DNA of 64,000 nt from an uncultured delta proteobacterium (GTDB taxonomy: Bacteria > Myxococcota_A > Polyangia > Fen-1088). The notes beneath the pieces are model-generated. The model searched no databases. It was not told the DNA's origin and worked only from the letters and a program-made list of their open reading frames with translations. Location of the stretch: assembly GCA_963767925.1 (NCBI GenBank), contig CAVYGB010000012.1, positions 1 to 64,000 on the forward strand, written 5' to 3'. The position numbers were made by a program, and so were the translations under genes. Positions 30,931 to 43,880 of the stretch are shown here, piece by piece (the stretch's first letter is position 1; the number at the start of each line of letters is the position of its first letter).

Positions 30931-32199
30931 GTGCCGCCCCTTGCCCTCGCGCCAGCCTCACTCCGCCTCCCGGCCCTGCTGCTCGCCGCCGGGCTGTCCC
31001 TGCTGGCCGCCTGCCCACGCACCGTCCCCCCGCCAGTCGCGGCGCCGGCGCCACCAGAACGCTGGCGGCTCGCCTACCACGAGACCTTCGATACGCCCTT
31101 CGCCGAGCCGGACCGCTGGGTCGAAGATCGCTACGGCGCCGACAGCCCCTACCACGTCGACGTCTTCGACGAGGACGGCGCGTTCTTCCGGGACAAGGTC
31201 GGCGCGGAATTCACCCGGCAGCTCGGCCGCTTCCGGTCCTTCCGCAAGTCTTTCGTCCACGGCCGCGACGGCTGGCTCACCGTCGAGCTGTACGGCCGCG
31301 ACGACGACCGGGACGGGGTCCCGGAGTCGGGGGGCCGCTTCGAGGCAGTCGGGGGACAGGCCCGGCTCACCTCGACCCGGCACACCGACGGGGCCCTCCT
31401 CCGGTCGACGCGGCCGCTGCCCCCGCGCTACCGGATCGAGGTCACCGTCTCGGGTATCGAGTTCGGCGGCCTCGACCCGGCCAGGGGCGGCCGCAACGGC
31501 TACCACGGCGACGAGCTGGCCGGGCCCTGGCGCTGGGACGGCCAGCTCCGCCAGCCCGCCCGGGCCACCACCGACAACGGCCTTTATTTCCTGGCCATCA
31601 CCGACTACGCCAACCCGGCCCCCCACAACAACGTGTTCATCCACCACCACCGCAAGGCGGTGATCGACACCGACAACAACACCTACCCCGACGGCCCCTG
31701 GTCGCAGGTCTGGAACCCGCGCACCGGCCGGGCCGAGCCCGACGGGCACCACCCGCTCAACCTGTTCGTGCTCAGCGGCGAGTCCTGGGTCTCGGACTGG
31801 ACCGGCAACGCCTTCCTCTCCTGGAGCCCCGGGGGCTGGCAGGAGGACTTCGTCATGGCCGACAAGTACCTCGACGGCGAGCCGTTCACGGTGACCATCG
31901 AGCGCGACGGCGAGAGCTTCACCCTCGGGGCCAGCGGGCGCTTTCACCACGGCGGCGACGCCCGCTACCGCGCCCGCCGGCGCTTCCGGGATCGGCCGGT
32001 CATCTGGCACTACAACCAGACCCCCGCGGAGTACGCTCCCGCCAGCTTCGATCGCCCCGACCTCGGCCGGTACGGCCGGGCCTGGCCCCCCGGCTCGAGC
32101 TACCCCGAGCACTTCATCCTCGGCGATCCCCACATCAACTACTACGAGGGGACCGCCCGCTTCGACGACCTCAAGCTCTGGCTGCCCGAACGGCCGTGA
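30931..32199 (+). CDS. Hypothetical lipoprotein, possible beta-jelly-roll fold
   Basis: Lipobox LAAC, aromatic-rich sequence, N-terminal YHETFD and C-terminal FDDLKLW. Confidence 0.7.
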   Translation: MPPLALAPASLRLPALLLAAGLSLLAACPRTVPPPVAAPAPPERWRLAYHETFDTPFAEPDRWVEDRYGADSPYHVDVFDEDGAFFRDKVGAEFTRQLGRFRSFRKSFVHGRDGWLTVELYGRDDDRDGVPESGGRFEAVGGQARLTSTRHTDGALLRSTRPLPPRYRIEVTVSGIEFGGLDPARGGRNGYHGDELAGPWRWDGQLRQPARATTDNGLYFLAITDYANPAPHNNVFIHHHRKAVIDTDNNTYPDGPWSQVWNPRTGRAEPDGHHPLNLFVLSGESWVSDWTGNAFLSWSPGGWQEDFVMADKYLDGEPFTVTIERDGESFTLGASGRFHHGGDARYRARRRFRDRPVIWHYNQTPAEYAPASFDRPDLGRYGRAWPPGSSYPEHFILGDPHINYYEGTARFDDLKLWLPERP

Positions 32200-32273
32200 C
32201 CGAGCGACCGTGACGGAAGAGCATCCCGCCCCGCACGATCCCGGGAGGGCGCAGGGCGCTTCCGCGCGCTAGG

Positions 32274-33953
32274 ATGGCCCGGTCGATGTTGGCGCAGCTC
32301 GACGTCGTGGTTGTCGATTGTCAGGCTTCTGGCGCGACGCCGAAGCTCGGGTCGCTCCTCGAGCTGGGCTGGACCGTCAGCGGGCCGAACCCGCTCCCCG
32401 CGCCGGTCGAGGCGCGCTGGATCGCGACCCCGCCCGGGACCCGGGTCTCGCGCCCGGTGCGCGAGCTGACCGGCTGGAGCGAGGCCTGCCTGGCCAGCGC
32501 GGTGCCGCCCGAGCAGGCCTGGTCGCGGCTACGCTCCGACGTGGCCGCCTGGCGGCGCGCACCGGCCACGACCGCGGCGCCCCCGAGCCCAGCGCCCTGT
32601 GTGATCCACTTTGCCCGGTTCGAGCTGGGGTTCCTCGCGGCGCTGCACGGCGAACACGGCGAGGGGCCGTTCCCCTTCGACACCATCTGCCTGCACGAGG
32701 TGGCCCGCCGGCTCTATCCCGAGCTGCCCCGGCGGGGCCTGCGCGCGCTCGCCGGGTTCCTCGGCCATCGGCCCGAGCTGATGCGCCGCTCGGCCGGGCA
32801 CGTCGAGGCGTCGGCGTTCATCTGGCGGGCCGTGTTGCCGGCGCTCGCGGCGGCGGCGGTCCACACCTGGGCCGATCTCAAGGCCTGGCTCGGGGAGAAG
32901 GCGCCGCCCCGGACCCGGCGCACCTTCCCGCTGGCCGCCGAGCGCCGGCGCGCCCTCCCCGCCCGGCCGGGCGTGTACCGCTTCGTCCGGGCCAACGGCG
33001 ACGTCCTCTACGTCGGCAAGGCGGCCAACCTGAAGAAGCGGATCGCCAGCCACTTCACCGGCGCCGCCCGGGCCAACGAGCGCGTCCTGGAGATGTTGAC
33101 TCAGGTCAAGGAGGTGGACGTCACCCCGGCCGAGACAATCCTGGAGGCCGCCCTCCTCGAGACCGACGAGATCAAGCGGCTGCACCCGCCCTACAACGTG
33201 CAGCTCCGCGAGGACGATCGCCGGGTCTGGTTCGCCCGGGCGGATCTGCTGGACGCGGCGCCGGCGCCGGACGACCTCCACCGCGTCGGCCCCCTGCCCT
33301 CGCGCTGGGCGCTCTCCTCGATGGCCGCCCTGCGCGCGCTCGCGAGCGGCGGCGACCCCTCGGACGTGCGGGCCCGGGCGGGCGCGGTGGGCGTGCCGCC
33401 CCCCTTCGCGCCCGACGAGCCGATCTTCCTGAGCGCCTGGGCCTCCTTCTGCGCCCAGCACCTGGCGGCCGCGGCCAGGAACCCCTGGCACGCCCTGCTG
33501 CGGGCCTCCCGGCGGCTCGCGCTCACCGGGGTGGCCGACGACGGGGGCGAGACCGCCTCGACGGACGAATGGGATCTGGATCGGGTCCGGCGCCACCTGG
33601 ATCGCGCCCTCCTGCGCGGGGGGCAGCTGGTGCGGCGGGCGCGCTGGCTGGTCCTGCTCTCGGACGCCAGCGTCGCCTTCCGCGAGCCGGCCGGCGACCG
33701 CGTTCGCCTGCTGATGATCGCGGGGGGCCAGATCGTCGAGCGCGGCGATCTCGCCGACGGTCAGACCTTGCCCGAGCGGGACGCCCCTCCGCCCTGGCAC
33801 CTGCGCCAGGCCTCGATCGACGCCGCCGGCTACGATCGCATGCGCGTGCTCGCCACCGAGCTGCTCCGGATCCGCGCCGAGGGCGGCGCGGTCCGGGTGC
33901 GCATCGGAGGGCGGGTCATCGACGGCCGCGGCGCCGCCCTCCTGGTCGGGTAG
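32274..33953 (+). CDS. DnaQ/DEDD-like domain (degenerate) fused to a UvrC/Cho-type GIY-YIG nuclease
   Basis: PGVYRF...LYVGKAANLKKRIASHF...EAALLE...PPYN. N-terminal VVVDCQASG and IHFARFE. Confidence 0.85.
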   Translation: MARSMLAQLDVVVVDCQASGATPKLGSLLELGWTVSGPNPLPAPVEARWIATPPGTRVSRPVRELTGWSEACLASAVPPEQAWSRLRSDVAAWRRAPATTAAPPSPAPCVIHFARFELGFLAALHGEHGEGPFPFDTICLHEVARRLYPELPRRGLRALAGFLGHRPELMRRSAGHVEASAFIWRAVLPALAAAAVHTWADLKAWLGEKAPPRTRRTFPLAAERRRALPARPGVYRFVRANGDVLYVGKAANLKKRIASHFTGAARANERVLEMLTQVKEVDVTPAETILEAALLETDEIKRLHPPYNVQLREDDRRVWFARADLLDAAPAPDDLHRVGPLPSRWALSSMAALRALASGGDPSDVRARAGAVGVPPPFAPDEPIFLSAWASFCAQHLAAAARNPWHALLRASRRLALTGVADDGGETASTDEWDLDRVRRHLDRALLRGGQLVRRARWLVLLSDASVAFREPAGDRVRLLMIAGGQIVERGDLADGQTLPERDAPPPWHLRQASIDAAGYDRMRVLATELLRIRAEGGAVRVRIGGRVIDGRGAALLVG

Positions 33954-33965
33954 CCGGCGAACGCC

Positions 33966-35120
33966 TCAGGCGAAGCAGGTGCCGCCGTCGCGGTAGCCCC
34001 AACGGTGGTAAGGGAAGCAGCGCTGGGTATCGAGCGCGGCCAGGCGCCGGTTGAGCATCATCATGTCGGCGGGGGCCAGCGGCTGCAGCGTCCGGGCGAC
34101 CCGGGCGCAGGAGTCGAGCACCTCCGCGCTGCTGATGCCGATGATCATCGCCGAGACCGGCAGCGACAGCGAGTAGCGGACCAGGTCCTCCGCCGCCACG
34201 CCCCGGCCGAGCAGGGCGTCCTGGGCGGTCACCTTCATGCCCAGCAGCCCGATGCCGTTCTGCTGGCCGTGCGGGATCACGAGGTCGGTGAACCCGCTCT
34301 CGCGGGCGGCGTTCTGGGGGCACATCACCAGGTCGGGCTTGATGCGGCGGAGGGCGTCGACGAGCACGGCGCCGCTGGTGTGACCGGAGACGCCGATGAA
34401 GCGGATGATCCCCTGCTCCCGGGCCCGCAGCAGGGCCTCGTAGGCCCCGCCCCGGGCCATGATCCGCGTGACCTCGTCGCTCGACTGGATGTCGTGGAAG
34501 TGGAGGATGTCGATCTTGTCGGTCTTGAGGTTGGCCAGCGACTGATCGAGCTGCCGCTTGGCCCCCTCGGCGGTGCGGTCATGCACCTTGTTGGCGAGGA
34601 TGACCCGGCTGCGAAACATGGGCAGGAGGTATTTGCCCAGCAACACCTGGCTCCGCCCGTTGCCGTAGCTGATGGCGGTGTCGAAGTAGTTGATGCCGGC
34701 CTCGACCGCCCGGTGGATCAGGCGCTCGGCCGCGGCCTCGGACGCGCCGAGGTACTGCGAGCCGCAGCCGAACCCCACGATCGAGACCATCAGACCGGTG
34801 TTGCCGAGGGCCCGCTGGGGCATGCCGGCTGGTCCCATGGCCTGGGGGGGCATGCCGGTGGGAGGCGGCGGCATGGCGGCGGGCGGGGCCGGCGGCGCGC
34901 TGGCGGGGGGCGGCTCCATCCCGGCAGGCGGGGGCGCGGGCGGGCTGCTGGGGCCCTCTATGGGCGGGCGGCCGCCGAACGGCGGGGGGGCGGCGGGCTC
35001 GGCGGCGGAGGGTGATCCCGCCGGGGGGCTGCCCGATTCGCCGCAGCCCTCGACGGCCACGCCGACCCCGACTCCCACCACGGACGCTTTGAGGAATTTG
35101 CGCCGGGAAATGTCGCTCAT
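33966..35120 (-). CDS. Aldo/keto reductase with Tat/lipoprotein-like signal and Pro-rich linker
   Basis: SRRKFLK...VEGC, YFDTAISYG, IDILHFH, IGVSGH. Confidence 0.9.
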   Translation of the reverse strand: MSDISRRKFLKASVVGVGVGVAVEGCGESGSPPAGSPSAAEPAAPPPFGGRPPIEGPSSPPAPPPAGMEPPPASAPPAPPAAMPPPPTGMPPQAMGPAGMPQRALGNTGLMVSIVGFGCGSQYLGASEAAAERLIHRAVEAGINYFDTAISYGNGRSQVLLGKYLLPMFRSRVILANKVHDRTAEGAKRQLDQSLANLKTDKIDILHFHDIQSSDEVTRIMARGGAYEALLRAREQGIIRFIGVSGHTSGAVLVDALRRIKPDLVMCPQNAARESGFTDLVIPHGQQNGIGLLGMKVTAQDALLGRGVAAEDLVRYSLSLPVSAMIIGISSAEVLDSCARVARTLQPLAPADMMMLNRRLAALDTQRCFPYHRWGYRDGGTCFA

Positions 35121-35350
35121 CGGTGACTCCTGGAATGAGGTCGGGGGCCTGGTGCGGCACGGGGTTGCCCGCGTGCTGGGGAGAGCTTACTGCAAGGCGG
35201 GCGGTTGCCGAAGGGTGTCGAGCGAGGGGGCGTTTCCGGGCCGCGGGCGCAACGCACGGGGACGGGGGCGTTGGCAGCCCGTGGATAGAGAGACGTTCGG
35301 GTTTGCACGTCAGAGGCGGGCCGGTCGCCGAGCCCTGAGCCTTGCCCCGG

Positions 35351-39720
<4,370 letters not shown>

Positions 39721-39939
39721 GGTCCTGACGGCCCACCGCCTCGTCCGGGTCCTGGCCGGACAGGCGCGGTGGCCTATGTATCCCTGGGGTCACTCCCATC
39801 GGGAGGCAAGGGCCGGCGGCCGACAAAAGGATCGGGGAATCCGTCGGTGCCGGTAAGGGTGCGCGGTCACGCGCAGCACCTTGCCAGCGCCCCGCCCGGG
39901 CCCCATCCTGCACAGCTGGCGCGCGCCGCGGGCCTCGAC

Positions 39940-41262
39940 TCAGAAGTCGTCGAAGGGGACGGTGCTGTCGCCGAGGCGGTCGCGGGTGAGGCCCAGGCGA
40001 CCCAGCATGCCGAGAAAGAGGTTGTTGAGCGGGAGCGCCTCGGGCAGCTTCACGTGCCGGCCCGGGCGGGCCCTGCCGCCGGCCCCCCCGGCGAGGACGA
40101 TGGGCAGGTCGTTGTGGTTGTGGCGGTCCCCGTCGGCGATGGCCCCGCCGTAGAGCACCATGGCGTTGTCCAGAACGGTGCGGCCGTCGAGGTCGCGGGC
40201 GGTCGCCAGCTTCTTCAGCAGGTAGGCGAGCTGCTGCATGTAAAAGCGATCGATGCGCGCCACCTTGGCGAGGTTCTCGGGCTTGCTCTGGTGGTGCGAC
40301 AGGTGGTGGTGTCCCTCGGCGATGCCGATCTCGTTGAAGCTGCGGTTGTTGCCTTCGGCGGCGAACAGCAGGGTGACGATGCGGGTGGAGTCGCTCTGGA
40401 AGGCGAGCGCCACCAGGTCGCACATCAGCCGGATGTGGCCCCGGGCGTCCTCGGGGATCTCGCGGGGCGCGGCCCGGCCGGTGCGGGGCAGCTCGTGTTG
40501 CTCGGCCCGCTCGATCTGCCGCTCCACCTCGCGCAGGCCGGTGAGGTATTCGTCGACCTTGCGCCGATCGGCGCCGCCGAGCTGGGCCTGCAGGGTCCGG
40601 CTCTCGGCCAGGGCGAAGTCGAGCACGCTCTGGCGCTGGCGCTGCCGCTGCAGGTAGCTGCGCTGCCGCTGGGCGGGCGGCCCGCTGCCGAACAGCCGCT
40701 CGAAGACCAGGCGGGGGTCGGCCTCCGCCGGCACCGGCAGGGTCTCGGAGGCCCAGGAGAGGTTGTATTCGTAGGCGCAGCTATAGCCCGAGTCGCAAGA
40801 GCCGCTCCGCCGCGAGCGCATGGCGATCAGCTCCAGCGAGGGCAGGCGGGTCAGGTGGCCCAGGCGCTGGGCGGCCACCTGGTCGACCGAGATCCCGTTG
40901 CGGAGGTTGGCCCCCGCGGTCTTGCGGGGGTGGCAGCCGGTGAGGAAGGCGGCGTTGGCCCGGGCGTGATCGCCGGGCCCGTCGCCGAGGGCGTTGGCGT
41001 TCCGCTGGGCAAAGCCGGTGAACACCTGGAGCTGGTCCTTGAAGGGGACCACCGGGGCGAAGGTGGGGCCGAGGGTGAAGTCCCGCCCCTCGCCCACCGG
41101 GCGCCAGTGGCTCAGATTCACGCCGTTGGGGACGCCCACGAAGGCCATCCGCAGCGGGGCGCTGGCCCGGGCCGACCCGGTCGGGGTGCCGGCGAGCGCC
41201 TCGAGCGGTGGCAAAGCCACCGCGACCCCCAGTCCACGCAGCAGGCTCCGGCGGGTGATCAT
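39940..41262 (-). CDS. DUF1552 (HXXSHH) family protein with Tat signal
   Basis: MITRRSLLRG...LPPLEA, GISVDQ, PRLVFERLF, GHHHLSHH, HNHNDLP. ATGA overlap with the upstream gene. Confidence 0.92.
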   Translation of the reverse strand: MITRRSLLRGLGVAVALPPLEALAGTPTGSARASAPLRMAFVGVPNGVNLSHWRPVGEGRDFTLGPTFAPVVPFKDQLQVFTGFAQRNANALGDGPGDHARANAAFLTGCHPRKTAGANLRNGISVDQVAAQRLGHLTRLPSLELIAMRSRRSGSCDSGYSCAYEYNLSWASETLPVPAEADPRLVFERLFGSGPPAQRQRSYLQRQRQRQSVLDFALAESRTLQAQLGGADRRKVDEYLTGLREVERQIERAEQHELPRTGRAAPREIPEDARGHIRLMCDLVALAFQSDSTRIVTLLFAAEGNNRSFNEIGIAEGHHHLSHHQSKPENLAKVARIDRFYMQQLAYLLKKLATARDLDGRTVLDNAMVLYGGAIADGDRHNHNDLPIVLAGGAGGRARPGRHVKLPEALPLNNLFLGMLGRLGLTRDRLGDSTVPFDDF

Positions 41263-43589
41263 GGGTGCTCCTTTCGCATCTGGAACGGGGGGCTCTGCGC
41301 GATGCCCACCAGCAGGCCCGAGAGGCGGCCGCCCCCGGCGACAAGCTCGGCCACCAGCTTGTCGACCGTGCAGGCGTCGGCCGGCTCGAGCCCCCGCCCG
41401 AGGGCGAAGACCAGCAGCTTGCGGGTCACCGTCCGGTAGAGCTGCTCGCGGCGGGCGGCGAGCTGGCGGCGCAGGTCGGGCAGCCCGGCGATCGCCTCGC
41501 CGGTGACGAGCCGGCCCGAGGTGTCGAGGGGGGCGCCGTTCTCCTCGGTCCGCCAGCGGCCGACGGCGTCGAAGCCCTCCAGGGCCAGGCCGATGGGGTC
41601 CATGCGGGCGTGGCAGCCGGCGCAGGCCGGATCGGCCCGGTGGGCGGCGAGCTGCTCGCGCATGGTCCGGACGGGGGCCCCCTTCTTGCCGGGCTCGTCG
41701 AGGCTGGGGATGTCGGGGGGTGGCGGCGGCGGCGGCATGCCCAGAACGTTGTCGAGCAGGAACAGGCCCCGCTTGACCGGCGAGGTGCGGGTCGGGTTCG
41801 AGGTCACGGTCAGGAAGCTGCCGTGGGTGAGCAGGCCCCCCCGGGGCCCGTCGGGCGGGAGCGCCACCTTGCGCATCTGCGGGCCCTCGACGGCAGGCAG
41901 CCCGTAGAACGCCGCCAGGGGCGCGTTGAGGAAGCTGTAGTCGGCGGTGATCAGCTCGACCAGGTCCCGGTCCTCGCGCAGCAGATGGGCGAACAGCAGC
42001 TCGGTCTCCGAGCGCATCAGCCGGCGGATGGCCGGCGTGAGCGGCCGGAAGCGCTCGGTGCTGATCGGCACCGACTCCACGTCGCGGGTCTGCAGCCACT
42101 GCCCCACGAAGCGCGACACGAACCGGTCCGAGCGGCGGTCAGCGAGCAGCCGCCGGACCTGCGCCGCGAGGTTGTCGCGCAGGGCCCCCCGGGCGGCCAG
42201 GGCGGTCAGCTCGGCGTCCGGGCCGGTAGCGTGCAGCAGGTACGACAGGCGCGTGGCGAGGCTGTGCTCGTCGAGCCGGGTCGGTCCGCCTGGGCCGGGC
42301 GCCTGCACCGGCGTCTGGCCCGCTTTTTCCCGCGCTTCCGCCCGCCCTTCCACCCGGAACAGGAAGCGGGGCGAGACGAGGATGGCGGCGACCGCCGAGG
42401 CGACGCCGGTCTCGAAACGCCCGCCCGGCCCCTCGGCCGCCTCGGCGAGGGCGACGAGGCGATCCAGGGTCGCGCCGTCCACCGGCCGGCGGAAGGCCCG
42501 GCTGGCCAGGCCCTCCAGGATGGCGCGGGCCTGGGCCCGGCGCCCGGCCACATCGGCGGCCGGAGGCCCGGGGAAAAACAGGCGCCGGTGGGCAGGCGGG
42601 TACTCCCGGATCCGCGTCCCCAGCGGGCCGCGCACGGTAAGCTCCTCGAGCCCGATGTTGATGACCCGCCCGGCGTCGGGCTCGGCCCGGGTCGTGTCGA
42701 GCACGAAGCGGACCGCGTGTTCGCCGGCGGCCAGGGTGCGCTGCCGGGCGTAGCGGTAGGTGAGGTTCCCGGCGCGGTAGCTGGCCCGGGCCAGCGGGCG
42801 CCCGTCGAGCTCGACCCGCACCCGGGCCCGGCCGGTAAAGGGGCGGAAGCTGTTGACCGAGACCGCCAGCGCGACGGCGTGGGATCCGCCGTGCTCGAGG
42901 GTGAAGCGCCCCTCGCTGATCGTCACCTTCTCCGTCGACAGGTCCACGACCTTCAGGTCGCCACGCCGGAGGGTGCGGCGGGGGACCTCGGGCCGGGGCG
43001 CGATAACCCGGGCCACGACCTGCTCGGCGGCGTTGAAGTACTTCTCGGTCAGCACCGGCGAGACGCCGAGGACGTCGCCGATGTTGTCGAAGCCATAGCC
43101 GCTGTCGTCGGGGGGAAAATCCTCGGCCGGCTGGAAGTCGATGCCGAACAGGTCGGCGATGCTGTGGTTGTATTCGTCGCGGTTGAGCCGGCGCAGGGTG
43201 ACCCGCCCCGGGTCGGGGGCCCGGCAGTCGACCCCCTGCACGTCCCGCTGGATGAAGGCCTGCAGCGCGGTCTGCTCGGCCGCGGTCGGCCGCGGCTTGC
43301 CCGGCGGAGGCATCACGCCATTGCGCACGTTCTCCAGCACCCGATCCCACAGGGCCCGGTCGGCGCGCCCTCCTGCCGTCAGCGCGGCGTCGAGATCCAC
43401 GTCGCCGCGTGCGCTGCCTCCGCCGTGGCAGTCGCTGCAGTGGGTGGCCAGCACGGCCCGGGGATCGATGGGCGCCGCGGCCGGGGCGCGGCCCCCGCCG
43501 GCGGCGCGCGCCGCCGGGCTGGCGGCGACGGCCAGCAGGACGACGACCCACGTCGAGGGGCGTGCGAGGAGAACCCGGGCGCTGTGCAC
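41259..43589 (-). CDS. DUF1592 / Planctomycete-type PSD domain protein with CxxCH motifs
   Basis: HCSDCH, LRRLNRDEY, GYGFDN, RAFRRP, LATRLSY, TSPVKRG, CAGCH...DPIG. Start uncertain. Confidence 0.92.
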   Translation of the reverse strand: MHSARVLLARPSTWVVVLLAVAASPAARAAGGGRAPAAAPIDPRAVLATHCSDCHGGGSARGDVDLDAALTAGGRADRALWDRVLENVRNGVMPPPGKPRPTAAEQTALQAFIQRDVQGVDCRAPDPGRVTLRRLNRDEYNHSIADLFGIDFQPAEDFPPDDSGYGFDNIGDVLGVSPVLTEKYFNAAEQVVARVIAPRPEVPRRTLRRGDLKVVDLSTEKVTISEGRFTLEHGGSHAVALAVSVNSFRPFTGRARVRVELDGRPLARASYRAGNLTYRYARQRTLAAGEHAVRFVLDTTRAEPDAGRVINIGLEELTVRGPLGTRIREYPPAHRRLFFPGPPAADVAGRRAQARAILEGLASRAFRRPVDGATLDRLVALAEAAEGPGGRFETGVASAVAAILVSPRFLFRVEGRAEAREKAGQTPVQAPGPGGPTRLDEHSLATRLSYLLHATGPDAELTALAARGALRDNLAAQVRRLLADRRSDRFVSRFVGQWLQTRDVESVPISTERFRPLTPAIRRLMRSETELLFAHLLREDRDLVELITADYSFLNAPLAAFYGLPAVEGPQMRKVALPPDGPRGGLLTHGSFLTVTSNPTRTSPVKRGLFLLDNVLGMPPPPPPPDIPSLDEPGKKGAPVRTMREQLAAHRADPACAGCHARMDPIGLALEGFDAVGRWRTEENGAPLDTSGRLVTGEAIAGLPDLRRQLAARREQLYRTVTRKLLVFALGRGLEPADACTVDKLVAELVAGGGRLSGLLVGIAQSPPFQMRKEHP

Positions 43590-43880
43590 TGCTTGTCTCT
43601 TGTCCGGATCGGCTGCTGCTTCTTCACCCCCCGCCGGCGCCCTTCCGGGCCATTTCCTCACGGCCCGCCCATTGCCTCAAGGAAAACAAGCCATGCCTTG
43701 ACAGCGCCGAGCCGCGCCCGCCCGCTCCGCTTTGGCTTTATGCGTCGCACGCGACGTGGGGATCGCGGAGATAGGGCCCAGGGCAAGGACCGAGGTGAGG
43801 GCGGAGCCCCCATAGGACTACCGGCCGACCCCGCGCGTTTTCGCGCACCGCTCTTGGCGGCGAACAGCGATCGGGCGAAG

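Noticed and set aside
41265..43880. 5' part of the 1556-aa plus-strand ORF
   Set aside because: Antisense shadow of the DUF1592 gene; the real gene starts near 43881.
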